DNA of 64,000 nucleotides from an uncultured Alphaproteobacteria bacterium (GTDB lineage Bacteria; Pseudomonadota; Alphaproteobacteria; RF32; CAG-239): NCBI GenBank assembly GCA_944391615.1, contig CALXUE010000004.1, positions 10,212 to 74,211 of the forward strand, read 5' to 3'. Shown piece by piece: positions 1 to 9,577 of this stretch (position 1 is its first letter; each line of letters starts with the position of its first letter). The notes under the pieces were generated by a model. It saw only the letters and a program-made list of their open reading frames with translations, ran no database searches and was not told where the DNA came from. The position numbers and the translations under genes were made by a program.

Positions 1-1467
1 CTCTAACTTTTTTATTTCGTTTTTTATCAAATCCGAAAATTCGGATTCGTCAAAAGCTTCGGCATATTTAAGTGCGGTTTGAAAAGTTTTTATGGCTTGA
101 GCTTGATTTCCGAGCCTAGATTCAATAAATCCGATATTAACATAGTCGGTAGCGGCACCGGAAAAACGCTCATTTTTTTGTTCAATAGAGGCCGATTTCA
201 GGAAGATGGATTTTGCGCGCGCCAGCTGATTTTGAGCCAAAAAGATTAATCCGAGCAAATTATAAGCATTTGCCACATGAAAACAAGAAGCGTTTTCTTC
301 AGAGAGCAGAATACATTGCCTAAGAGATTTTTCGGCCCTATCCAAACATCCCAGATTAAATTCGGCACAAGCTTTCAGATAGATGGATTCCGCCCGAGAA
401 GACATATCCAATCCATAAGCATCATAAAGTTCGGAGGCTTTTTGAGCCGCAGTAGCCGCCTCTTTCCAATTTTGCAAAGACAACAATACATAAGCTTCAA
501 CCTCAAACACAAAAGCCTGCCCCTTAATGTCATGATATTCCATATGTATTGCAAGAGCCTTTTTGAGGAGGGCGAGAGCTTTTTTATGTTTGTGGCAAAG
601 CAAAAACATCAAAGCCCATTGCGTCAAGACATAAGCAGCGGCGGAATTTCGCCTGATGTGGTGATTAACTTTCCAGCTTTGCATAAAATATTTTTGCGCC
701 ATATCAAAATTTTCACGCATGGTCCATAACATACCCAAATTAGCCAGAGCATCGGCTTCACCGGATTTATGTTTTACCGCAAAGAACAAATCCTTGGCCT
801 GACAAAACATAAAATGAGCCACATCTTCCACTGCCGAGATTCTAAAAATTGTGCCTTGCAACAAATAAGCGTAAGCTTCTTCCAGCACGGCAGAACATTT
901 TTTAAAAAGCAGAGCAGCTTGAGCGGCACAGGCTGAGGCCGATTCCAAATTAGCCTCTTTGAGATAAAATTGTGCAAGATAAAAATTTTTTTTTGCCAGA
1001 TAATAAGATGGCAAAGATTTATCTTGAACACAACAATCCAACAAGTCGCGAGCTTTGGCTTCGTCACCGTTTTCAAACAACAGAGCAGCCGATTCTATTT
1101 TTGCTTCGGGCGAGTTTTGCTTGCCTAATAAAGAGATTGCTTTTTTGGGATTAACGTAAGCCCAAAGAATATCCGCAAAAAAATTCAAATTGGAATGCGT
1201 GCAAATCAAAACAGCTTTTTGGATTCTCCCTTTGATTAAAGCCGCTAACGCCCGGCGAACATCTTTATGAAACGAATGCCGTAGCAAAAAGCAAATAATC
1301 AGCCGCAAATTGTAAGAAGATGCAAAAAAAGGCAAATTTTTTTTTGCTTGATAAGCCATAAGGTTTTTAGCAGACAGCCGCCAAAAAAGGTCAATGCGAA
1401 ACCGCCATACGGCAAACAAAACCACCATAGCAGAAAAAGAAAATAAAAAAATCCAAAAGTAAAACAT
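1..1467 (-). CDS. Membrane-anchored TPR-repeat protein (C-terminus beyond window start)
   Basis: My translation of the minus strand from the ATG at 1465-1467 runs stop-free to position 1. N-terminal hydrophobic segment MFYFWIFLFSFSAMVVLFAV, then TPR-like helical repeats (…AYNLLGLIFLAQNQLARAKSIF…). Not in the ORF track because it runs off the edge. The plus-strand ORFs at 277-1154 are antisense artefacts. Confidence 0.6.
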   Translation of the reverse strand, partial: MFYFWIFLFSFSAMVVLFAVWRFRIDLFWRLSAKNLMAYQAKKNLPFFASSYNLRLIICFLLRHSFHKDVRRALAALIKGRIQKAVLICTHSNLNFFADILWAYVNPKKAISLLGKQNSPEAKIESAALLFENGDEAKARDLLDCCVQDKSLPSYYLAKKNFYLAQFYLKEANLESASACAAQAALLFKKCSAVLEEAYAYLLQGTIFRISAVEDVAHFMFCQAKDLFFAVKHKSGEADALANLGMLWTMRENFDMAQKYFMQSWKVNHHIRRNSAAAYVLTQWALMFLLCHKHKKALALLKKALAIHMEYHDIKGQAFVFEVEAYVLLSLQNWKEAATAAQKASELYDAYGLDMSSRAESIYLKACAEFNLGCLDRAEKSLRQCILLSEENASCFHVANAYNLLGLIFLAQNQLARAKSIFLKSASIEQKNERFSGAATDYVNIGFIESRLGNQAQAIKTFQTALKYAEAFDESEFSDLIKNEIKKLE

Positions 1468-1538
1468 AAAATTTACTCTAAATTTAATATTGTCGCCTAA
1501 GATTAAAACCAAAGAAATAATATACGGGAAAAACAAAA

Positions 1539-3971
1539 ATGGCTATTACAAAATTAACATCAGACAAACTTTATAAAAAGTGCGATTCCAAAAAATTTCA
1601 GTTTAGCACGACGGCGGAGCTGGAAGAAAGATTGTCAGCATTGGGGCAGGACAGAGCCATAAGCGCGGTTGAGTTAGGCGTAAACATCAAGTCCAAAGGC
1701 TACAACCTGTTTTGTTTAGGTCCGGAAGGAACGGGTAAAACAAGCTTGGTCAAACGTATTTTGGTTAAAGAAGCCAAAGAACGCCCGACACCGGACGATT
1801 GGGCTTACGTATATAATTTTGATGAACCCTACAAACCACACGCCATAAGTTTTCCTGCCGGCACAGCCACAGATTTTGCCAAAGATATAGATGATTTAAT
1901 AGAAAATTTTTCAACAAGCATACCCACCATTTTGGAAAGTGATGAATACAAAGCCGGCCTCAATATCATCAAAGAAAAATATAGCCAGAAAAAAGAAGAA
2001 TATATTCGCCTCTTGCAAAAGAAAGCCAAAGGCAAAAATGTTTCGTTATTGCATATGCAGGCAGGTTTAGTTGTCGCACCGACCAAAGACGGAGAAGTTG
2101 TTTCACCTGACAAATTTGACCAACTACCGGAAGAAGAAAAGAAAGCCCTAATGGATGACTTAAACGCCATGCAGGCAGAAATAGAAAATGTAGCGCAAGA
2201 ATTGCCTGATTGGGAAGACAAACAAAAAGAAGAAATAAATAACTTAAAAGAAAAATTCCTTAAAATAGCCGTCAAACAACCGATAGACAGCTTGCGTAAA
2301 AAATACAAAGGCCAAAAGGCGGCCATAGAGTTTTTAAGAAATATCCAACATCACATCACCGCCAATATAGATGACTTTATGCCCGAACCGGACAAAGGCG
2401 TCGGGGAGGAAGGAGATGCTCTGGCAGCATTGCTAACCAAGATGAACAAAAACGAAGAAAACAAGTTTGATAAGTTCAAGGTGAATGTAGTTGTAAAAAA
2501 TGAGCCTAATTCCGGTGCGCCAATCGTAGTGCTTGACCACCCGACCCAAGGAAATTTGGTTGGTAAAGTTGAAAGAATACAACAATATGGTGCGTTATTG
2601 ACAGACTTCACGTTAATCAAAGCTGGAGCCTTGCACCGAGCTAACGGTGGCTTTTTACTGATGGATGCAAGAAAATTGCTGTTGCAGCCATTTTCATGGG
2701 ATTCTCTGAAAAGAGCATTATATTCAAAAGTCATAAAAATAGAAGCTCCGTCAGATGAAACAAGTTTCACCACCATATCCTTGGATCCGGAGCCGATTCC
2801 CTTGGATGTTAAGGTAATTTTGACCGGAGATGAGGAGCTGTTTGAAGTTTTGAGTGAACGCGACCCAGATTTTTCGGATTATTTCAAAGTCGAGGCCGAC
2901 TTTGGCATTTTGATGGATAGAACCCCCGAAAACGAAATAGAATATGCCAAGTTGATAGGCTCTCTGTCAAAAAAGAAAAATCTGCGTTCCTTAAACAAAC
3001 AAGCCGTAGCCCGAGTGATAGAATATTCATCACGTATGGCAGATGATACCGAAAAATTAACCGCACATATTGCATCAATAGGTGATTTGCTGAGAGAGGC
3101 AGATTATTGGGCACGCAAGTCAAAAGCCAACCAAATCGGCCAAAACCACATTGAACAAGCCATAGAAGCCCAGATTTACCGCAACGACCGCGTCAAACAA
3201 GCCATGCTTGAACAAATTGAAAAAGGTACGATTCTCATGGATGTTAAGGGCAAAAGAGTCGGGCAGATTAATGGCTTGGTTGTATATAATTTCTCAAGAT
3301 TTTCGTTTGGGCGTCCAACGCGTATAACAGCGCAAGTCCGTATAGGGCGTGGAGAATTTTTGAATATCGAGCGTGAAGTTGAAATGTCTGGCCCGATACA
3401 CACCAAGGGAATGTTAATATTGCAAGCATTATTATCTAATAGGTTTGCCAAATACACCCCACTATCGCTGAGTGCCTCAATAGTTTTTGAACAATCATAC
3501 GGCGGAGTAGACGGCGACAGCGCCTCATCAACCGAATATTATTGCATGCTGTCAGCCATAGCAGAAATTCCAATAAAACAGAGCATAGCCGTAACTGGTT
3601 CTATCAACCAGTTTGGAGAGATTCAACCAATTGGCGGTGTGAATGAAAAAATAGAGGGATTCTTTGATGTCTGCAAACACGAAGGTTTAACGGGAGAACA
3701 AGGCGTCATCATCCCCAGAACCAATGTAGGTAATTTGATGTTAAGAGAAGATATCCGCCATGCGGTCGACGATGGCAAGTTTCATATCTATGCCATAGAC
3801 ACAGTTGATGACGGTATCGAAATCTTAACCGGAATTCCGGCCGGAAAAGCCGATTCCAAGGGTAATTATCCGAAAGGAACGGTTAATTATCAGGTTAAAA
3901 AGAGTTTGGACGAATACTACCAACGTTATGTAAAATTTGCCAAAGAAACGCACGGTTGCTTGGCAGGATAA
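1539..3971 (+). CDS. Lon-like ATP-dependent protease (LonB/YcbZ-type S16 family, 810 aa)
   Basis: Walker A GPEGTGKTS. AAA+ core. C-terminal Lon proteolytic domain (GDSASSTEYYCMLSAIAEIPIKQSIAVTGS…). Confidence 0.8.
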   Translation: MAITKLTSDKLYKKCDSKKFQFSTTAELEERLSALGQDRAISAVELGVNIKSKGYNLFCLGPEGTGKTSLVKRILVKEAKERPTPDDWAYVYNFDEPYKPHAISFPAGTATDFAKDIDDLIENFSTSIPTILESDEYKAGLNIIKEKYSQKKEEYIRLLQKKAKGKNVSLLHMQAGLVVAPTKDGEVVSPDKFDQLPEEEKKALMDDLNAMQAEIENVAQELPDWEDKQKEEINNLKEKFLKIAVKQPIDSLRKKYKGQKAAIEFLRNIQHHITANIDDFMPEPDKGVGEEGDALAALLTKMNKNEENKFDKFKVNVVVKNEPNSGAPIVVLDHPTQGNLVGKVERIQQYGALLTDFTLIKAGALHRANGGFLLMDARKLLLQPFSWDSLKRALYSKVIKIEAPSDETSFTTISLDPEPIPLDVKVILTGDEELFEVLSERDPDFSDYFKVEADFGILMDRTPENEIEYAKLIGSLSKKKNLRSLNKQAVARVIEYSSRMADDTEKLTAHIASIGDLLREADYWARKSKANQIGQNHIEQAIEAQIYRNDRVKQAMLEQIEKGTILMDVKGKRVGQINGLVVYNFSRFSFGRPTRITAQVRIGRGEFLNIEREVEMSGPIHTKGMLILQALLSNRFAKYTPLSLSASIVFEQSYGGVDGDSASSTEYYCMLSAIAEIPIKQSIAVTGSINQFGEIQPIGGVNEKIEGFFDVCKHEGLTGEQGVIIPRTNVGNLMLREDIRHAVDDGKFHIYAIDTVDDGIEILTGIPAGKADSKGNYPKGTVNYQVKKSLDEYYQRYVKFAKETHGCLAG

Positions 3972-3995
3972 TATTTCAGGTGGAAGCAAAGTAAA

Positions 3996-4472
3996 ATGTA
4001 TAAAATTTTGTTTGTCTGCGCAGGCAATATCTGCCGTTCACCCACGGCAGAAGGCATCATGCGCAAATTAATCAAAGAACAAGGATTAGGAAAAGAAATA
4101 GCGGTGGATTCAGCCGGCACATCATCATATCATCAAGGAGATGCACCCGATTCCAGAGCCATAAGCTGTGCCTTAATTCATGGAGTGGATATCAGAGACA
4201 TACGCTCACGTGCCTTACGGGCGGATGATTTTGCTGATTTTGACCTGATTTTGGCCATGGATAATATGAATTTGGCGGATATGCAATATAAACGCCCCGC
4301 AGGTGACAAACGCTATGAGAAAGCCAAATTAAAGCTTATGTTGGAATATGCGCCCGAATATGGCGAAAATGTTCCCGATCCCTATTATCATCATGGTTTT
4401 GACCAAGTCTATGAGATGTTAGAAAAAGCCTGCCAAAATATCTTGAAAGAATATCAAAAAAAGCACCGATAA
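3996..4472 (+). CDS. Low-molecular-weight protein tyrosine phosphatase
   Basis: N-terminal C(X)5R P-loop CAGNICRSP. DPYY motif near the C-terminus. Size 158 aa. Confidence 0.85.
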   Translation: MYKILFVCAGNICRSPTAEGIMRKLIKEQGLGKEIAVDSAGTSSYHQGDAPDSRAISCALIHGVDIRDIRSRALRADDFADFDLILAMDNMNLADMQYKRPAGDKRYEKAKLKLMLEYAPEYGENVPDPYYHHGFDQVYEMLEKACQNILKEYQKKHR

Positions 4473-4491
4473 TCAAATCGGTGTTTTTTTT
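4464..4491. terminator. Rho-independent terminator (bidirectional, between convergent genes)
   Basis: Stem caccgat/atcggtg with loop aatcaa, followed by a T8 run. The stop codon lies inside the stem. Confidence 0.6.
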
Positions 4492-4514
4492 CTTCACAAA
4501 GATTGCATAATGTT

Positions 4515-5225
4515 TTAGCGCAGAGGCGGTTTGCGCGTCACAACCACTTTTTGATACATCCCGCCCCAATAGGTAGTTTTACGCCAGTTATAAAGCTGAG
4601 GTTGGGAGGCATACATATCAATAGAACGCTCCCATAATTTTTCTGCAAAGGGCTGAAAAAGCCGATTAAACATCCGAATAAAATAACGCAGAGGATTCCA
4701 TTTAGATGGGTTAGAATATTCAATAAAAATAGCTTTCCCATGAGGGGTTAAAAGATTAAGCGCATTATCCACCGCTCTTATTTTAGACAAGGGAGGCAGT
4801 TCGTGCAATAAATTATAGCAAATAACACGGTCAAATTTTTCCTCGGATTTGAAGCGTGTGACATCAGCTTTTACAAAGGAGAGCTGAGGATAAAGGTTTT
4901 CATACTTTTGTTCGCACCGCAAAATTTGCAAAGGGTTTTTATCAATAATCACAAATTTTCCATAAGGTGTAATTTTGTTGGCGGTAATATCGATTTGCGG
5001 TCCGAAAGTAGCCCCAAACTGAATAGTTTTTGCATTCATGGGAATATCGCGAATAACCTCATAAGCCAAAAAATGTGTAGCGCCCAAAGTCAAGACATCA
5101 CACACCCAATTTTTATCAAAAAATAGCGAGTGCTTTTGCGACCCGTAAAGCCAATCATAAAAGCTCCAAATTTCGATAGGGAGTTTAACATTTTTTTGCA
5201 AATTTTGAGAATTTTTCGCCGCCAT
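4515..5225 (-). CDS. Putative class I SAM-dependent methyltransferase
   Basis: 236-aa ORF. Motif-I-like DVLTLGATHF. Acidic loop VIIDKNP. Fold assignment is tentative. Confidence 0.45.
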   Translation of the reverse strand: MAAKNSQNLQKNVKLPIEIWSFYDWLYGSQKHSLFFDKNWVCDVLTLGATHFLAYEVIRDIPMNAKTIQFGATFGPQIDITANKITPYGKFVIIDKNPLQILRCEQKYENLYPQLSFVKADVTRFKSEEKFDRVICYNLLHELPPLSKIRAVDNALNLLTPHGKAIFIEYSNPSKWNPLRYFIRMFNRLFQPFAEKLWERSIDMYASQPQLYNWRKTTYWGGMYQKVVVTRKPPLR

Positions 5226-5289
5226 ATTTTCACCTTAAACCACATTTATAGAGTATAATGAAAAAAAACAAGACTTAAGTCAAGCCAAT

Positions 5290-6048
5290 TTAAGCAAGAT
5301 AATTTTCATCCCAGTCGCCACACATTGCTTGCCAACAAGCCAAAGCAGCAGCGGCAGCTGTTTCTGCCCGCAAAATTCTGGGTCCAAGAGCCACGCCTTT
5401 AGCAAACTTAAGAGCACGGAGCATATCAAGTTCCTCTGCACTAAAGCCGCCTTCAGGTCCAACCAAAAGAGCCGCATGATGAATATTTTGTTCTTTAGCC
5501 CAAGAAAAAACTTGAGAAACAGATTGAGCCTGCCTTGTCTCATCTAAAAAGAACAAAGTTCGGCCTTTATCCCAGTTGTCAAGAAGTTTGAGAAGTTGTA
5601 TGGGTTCGCAAATAGTAGGCACGTCAAGCCGCCGACATTGCTCACAAGCCTCAATGGCTTGAGCCTTAAATCGTTCAGTTTTAGCTTTTTCGGTAATGGA
5701 AAATTGAGTAATCACGGGCATAATACGCGCGACACCGAGTTCGGTTGCTTTTTGAACAACAAAATCTGTTTGGTCTTTTTTCAAAGGGGCAAACAGGAGC
5801 CAAATGTCAGGACAAGAACAAAACGCGCGTGTTTTTTCAAGAACGGAAAGAATAACTTCTTTTTTAGAAATCTGCGTCACAAAGGCCAAAAACTCACCGT
5901 TTTGTCCGTCAAAAACCAAAACATTGTCATTAATTTTAAGCTTCATAACATGAATAAGATAATGAGATTGAGCATCGGAAAGAGGCAGAACCTTGCCCAC
6001 CTCTAAAGGAAAATCAACAAACAACCGGATAAAAGATTTTTTCTTCAT
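5290..6048 (-). CDS. rsmE: 16S rRNA (uracil1498-N3)-methyltransferase RsmE
   Basis: 252 aa. C-terminal SPOUT motif LLVGPEGGFSAEE. Typical RsmE length and layout. Confidence 0.85.
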   Translation of the reverse strand: MKKKSFIRLFVDFPLEVGKVLPLSDAQSHYLIHVMKLKINDNVLVFDGQNGEFLAFVTQISKKEVILSVLEKTRAFCSCPDIWLLFAPLKKDQTDFVVQKATELGVARIMPVITQFSITEKAKTERFKAQAIEACEQCRRLDVPTICEPIQLLKLLDNWDKGRTLFFLDETRQAQSVSQVFSWAKEQNIHHAALLVGPEGGFSAEELDMLRALKFAKGVALGPRILRAETAAAAALACWQAMCGDWDENYLA

Positions 6049-6641
6049 TAAATAACTCTGACTTCCAAAATTCTGGTAGAAAGTGCCTTGACGTCACCGT
6101 TTTGATGAGCTAACAAATCAAAGTTCAAAGAGCTGATACCCATGGCAGTTGCGCGGTAAAGCATAATCAACACATTTCCTCTTTTTTCTTTTTTGACAAA
6201 TTCCAAACCTCTGGAACGATTTTCAAAATTCCAAAAAGTATTGTCATTTTCGAACACGCGCACGGCCACAAATTGGCCTTCACGAGCCACAACAGAAGTT
6301 TGATAGTTATCAATATCGACCAACACCATATCGCCCTCAGTTCCGCGATTAAACATTTTATCGGCTAAAGCTTGATTAAAACTTTTTTTAGGTTGTTGAA
6401 CAACGGGTTCTTCTTCCGAATTAGCCAAAGCATCAGAGGCATTATAATTATAGCGAGCACGGCGAGTAGGTGTATTATCCTCAACAACGGGCTGAGAAAC
6501 TTCAACAGATTCGGAGCGCGGTTCAAAAATATCACGGTGCAAAGCATCAGAAGATCTTTGGAAAATGAGTTTAGCTTGTGCAGGTACGCTATAACAACAA
6601 GCGATAAAGATAAGAAATGTCATAATTTTTTTAATGCTCAT
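6048..6641 (-). CDS. Secreted hypothetical protein (signal peptide)
   Basis: N-terminal signal MSIKKIMTFLIFIACCYSVPAQA. TAATG overlap with the rsmE start suggests translational coupling. Confidence 0.5.
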   Translation of the reverse strand: MSIKKIMTFLIFIACCYSVPAQAKLIFQRSSDALHRDIFEPRSESVEVSQPVVEDNTPTRRARYNYNASDALANSEEEPVVQQPKKSFNQALADKMFNRGTEGDMVLVDIDNYQTSVVAREGQFVAVRVFENDNTFWNFENRSRGLEFVKKEKRGNVLIMLYRATAMGISSLNFDLLAHQNGDVKALSTRILEVRVI

Positions 6642-6765
6642 GTCTTTATCCTCCGCGTGTTATAAAAATGTTGAGTTAAAATCAATTCTAATTGTATATT
6701 AGCATAAATATGATAAACATAAAAGCACAATAGTGTTAAACTTTTATTACAAAGGATTGAAAAAA

Positions 6766-7419
6766 ATGATAATCACGATAGATGGTCCGGCCTCGGCAGG
6801 GAAAGGAACTCTTGCCAAAGAGATATCATCGACCTATGGATTTGCCTATTTTGATACGGGGATGGTCTATCGTGCCGTTGGTTTGGAAATGTTTTTGTCG
6901 GGCAAAGATATATCTTCGGAGCAAGAAGCAGAGAAGGTAGCGCAAAATCTGAGTTTTCAAAAGATGATGTCCTTATCAAAACATCCTGAGTTCAGAGGCC
7001 CTCTGGGAGGAAAAAATGCGTCCATAGTATCAGCCTATCCCAAAGTTCGGGCAGCGTTATTAAAAATGCAGCAAGATTTTGCCTTATCGCCGGTTTTGGC
7101 AGATGGCAGTAAGGCCTCAGGCGTTGTCTATGACGGGCGCGACACCGGCACGATTGTCTGCCCGAATGCCGATATCAAATTATTCATCACGGCCTCACCG
7201 GAGGTTAGAGCCGAGAGAAGATATAAAGAGTTTCAAAGCAGAGGCATAAACCAAAGTTATGAAGAAGTTCTGAAAGAGATAAAAGCAAGAGATGAGCGCG
7301 ATATGACAAGATCAAGTGCCCCGCTCAAGCCCGCTCCGGATGCCATAATCATAGACACCTCAAACTTAAGCATTGAAGAAGTTCAAAAAAAAGTCAATAA
7401 AATCATCGCTGAACACTAG
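6766..7419 (+). CDS. cmk: Cytidylate kinase
   Basis: P-loop ITIDGPASAGKGT. The ATG at 6766 with an AAGGA Shine-Dalgarno is preferred over the track start at 6733. Confidence 0.9.
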   Translation: MIITIDGPASAGKGTLAKEISSTYGFAYFDTGMVYRAVGLEMFLSGKDISSEQEAEKVAQNLSFQKMMSLSKHPEFRGPLGGKNASIVSAYPKVRAALLKMQQDFALSPVLADGSKASGVVYDGRDTGTIVCPNADIKLFITASPEVRAERRYKEFQSRGINQSYEEVLKEIKARDERDMTRSSAPLKPAPDAIIIDTSNLSIEEVQKKVNKIIAEH

Positions 7420-7566
7420 TTTTTTGTTGCATTTAAATAAAATCACGTTATAAGAGAAGAACAGCATTTTTTTTGAGGCGCGTCAAGAAAATGGTGCTTT
7501 GTAACACGCGCAAGTCCGCTCCATCAAAGGAGGTCTGGCAAATTAAACATAAAAAAGTATATACTT

Positions 7567-9252
7567 ATGAGTAATGCAGAATTAAAAATTCCTGAAATGA
7601 CTGAAGATTTTGAAGCCTTAATGAACGAACAGTTCGGCGACAAAGGCATCACCGGTTCAGTTGTTAAAGGTACAATCATCAAAGTCACCCCAGATTTTGT
7701 AACCGTAGATGTTGGCTTGAAATCTGAAGGCCGCATACCGGTACGTGAATTTGGCCAAAACGCAGAATTAAAAGCCGGCGACCAGGTTGAAGTTTATGTT
7801 GACCGCTATGAAGACAAAGATGGCAACATCGTCTTGTCTAGAGAAAAAGCTCGTCGCGAAGAAGTATGGCAAGATTTGGAAAAAGCCATGAACGCCAACG
7901 AGAGAGTAAACGGTGTTATTTTCGGCAGAGTAAAAGGTGGCTTTACCGTAGATTTGAACGGAGCCATAGCTTTCTTGCCTGGTTCACAAATCGACATTCG
8001 CCCGATTCGCGATATAACCCCGTTGATGGGTATTTCTCAACCGTTCCAAATTTTGAAAATGGATAAGGTAAGAGGCAATATCGTCGTATCACGTCGTGTT
8101 GTTTTGGAAGAAACCAGAGCTGAAGCTCGTTCCGAATTAATCAAAGACCTGAAAGAAGGTTCTGTTCTTGAAGGTGTTGTTAAAAACATCACCGATTACG
8201 GTGCATTCATTGATTTGGGCGGTGTTGACGGCTTATTGCACGTTACCGACATTTCTTGGAAGAGAATCAACCATCCGGCAGAAGTTTTGTCAGTTGGTCA
8301 GACCGTAAAAGTAAAAGTAATCAAGTTCAATGAAGACAATCAACGTATTTCATTGGGTATGAAACAACTTGAAGAAGACCCATGGCAGCATGTTGCCGAA
8401 AAATATCATGTTGGCGAAATTTACAAAGGCAAAGTAACCAATATCACTGATTACGGCGCATTTGTAGAGCTTGAAGATGGTATTGAGGGCTTAGTTCACG
8501 TATCTGAAATGAGCTGGACCCGCAAGAATGTTCATCCGGGCAAAATCGTTTCTACTTCACAAGAAGTTGAAGTTAAGGTTTTGGAAGTGGATGCAGACAA
8601 ACGTCGTATTTCTTTGGGTATCAAGCAATGCACACCAAATCCGTGGGCTGCATACATTGAGGAGCATCCGGTTGGGTCAGTCATTGAAGGCAAAATCAAA
8701 AACATCACCGAATTTGGTTTGTTTGTAGGTTTGTCAGATGAAATCGATGGAATGATTCACTTAAGCGACATTTCTTGGGATAAATCCGGTGAAGAAGCCG
8801 TTAAAGACTACACCAAAGGTCAAGAAATTCAAGCCAAGATAATCGATGTTGACGTTGAAAAAGAACGCATTTCATTGGGCATCAAGCAATTAACCGAAGA
8901 TACCGTCAGCGGTGCTTTGGAAGGTTTGAAGAAGGGTGATGTTGTTAAAGCCAAAGTTGTCAGCATAGATGACAAAGGCTTGAATGTTGAAGTCAATGGA
9001 CTTTCAGCCAACATCAAAAAAGCAGATTTGTCAAAAGACAAAGCTGACCAAAACCCTGAAAACTACAAAGAAGGCGATGAAGTTGAAGCCAAAGTTACAT
9101 CAGTAGACAAGAAGAACGGCAAGCTCGGCTTGTCCATCAAAGCTCTTGAAATTGATGAAGAAAAGAAAGCTTTGGAAGAATATTCTTCAACCAGCGCAGC
9201 CGGCTCTAGCTTAGGCGAAGCCTTGGGCGAAGCTTTGAAGAAAAACGCCTAA
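7567..9252 (+). CDS. rpsA: 30S ribosomal protein S1
   Basis: 561 aa with six S1 domains (repeated …GxVxxITDYGAFVxL…GLLHVSE… units). Confidence 0.95.
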   Translation: MSNAELKIPEMTEDFEALMNEQFGDKGITGSVVKGTIIKVTPDFVTVDVGLKSEGRIPVREFGQNAELKAGDQVEVYVDRYEDKDGNIVLSREKARREEVWQDLEKAMNANERVNGVIFGRVKGGFTVDLNGAIAFLPGSQIDIRPIRDITPLMGISQPFQILKMDKVRGNIVVSRRVVLEETRAEARSELIKDLKEGSVLEGVVKNITDYGAFIDLGGVDGLLHVTDISWKRINHPAEVLSVGQTVKVKVIKFNEDNQRISLGMKQLEEDPWQHVAEKYHVGEIYKGKVTNITDYGAFVELEDGIEGLVHVSEMSWTRKNVHPGKIVSTSQEVEVKVLEVDADKRRISLGIKQCTPNPWAAYIEEHPVGSVIEGKIKNITEFGLFVGLSDEIDGMIHLSDISWDKSGEEAVKDYTKGQEIQAKIIDVDVEKERISLGIKQLTEDTVSGALEGLKKGDVVKAKVVSIDDKGLNVEVNGLSANIKKADLSKDKADQNPENYKEGDEVEAKVTSVDKKNGKLGLSIKALEIDEEKKALEEYSSTSAAGSSLGEALGEALKKNA

Positions 9253-9278
9253 TTTCTAGTTGATAGAAAAAAGCCAAA

Positions 9279-9311
9279 AGCCTCTGGGATATTTCTCAGA
9301 GGCTTTTTTTG
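9279..9311. terminator. Rho-independent terminator between convergent rpsA and tRNA-Arg
   Basis: Stem agcctctg/cagaggct with loop ggatatttct, then a T7 run. The A-run upstream serves the opposite strand. Confidence 0.7.
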
Positions 9312-9351
9312 TAACAAAAAAACACCGCATAAAAGCGATGTTTTTTATCAA

Positions 9352-9428
9352 TGGCGTCAGCGGCGGGACTCGAACCCACTACCCACAGTTTAGGAAACTG
9401 TTGCTCTATCCTGATGAGCTACGCCGAC
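9352..9428 (-). tRNA. tRNA-Arg (anticodon CCU), CCA encoded
   Basis: My manual fold of the reverse complement gives a 77-nt cloverleaf. Acceptor stem GTCGGCG/CGCTGAC. D-stem GCTC/GAGC. Anticodon stem ACAGT/ACTGT with loop TTCCTAA. T-loop TTCGAGT. 3' GCCA. Confidence 0.85.
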
Positions 9429-9577
9429 AACAACAAAAAACTATATCCTCTGGAGCAAAAAATCAAGCATAATTTAATTTTGAGAGTAGAAACTAAATAA
9501 AATCAATTACTATAGGTAGAATTATTTTTAACAAAGATTATATAAAAGCCATTCAATAATCTAAAAAAAGGAAAATC

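Noticed and set aside
277-1154. Plus- and minus-strand track ORFs (150, 100 and 60 aa) at the window start
   Set aside because: They lie antisense or out of frame inside the long minus-strand TPR gene that runs off the edge. The sequences are low-complexity and Phe/Leu-rich, with no motifs.
1539-3971. Lon-like protease as a BREX BrxL-type defence component
   Set aside because: I saw no other BREX genes (no PglX methyltransferase, PglZ or BrxC) anywhere in the window. It resembles the stand-alone LonB/YcbZ-type protease, and the neighbouring LMW-PTP is probably an unrelated housekeeping gene.
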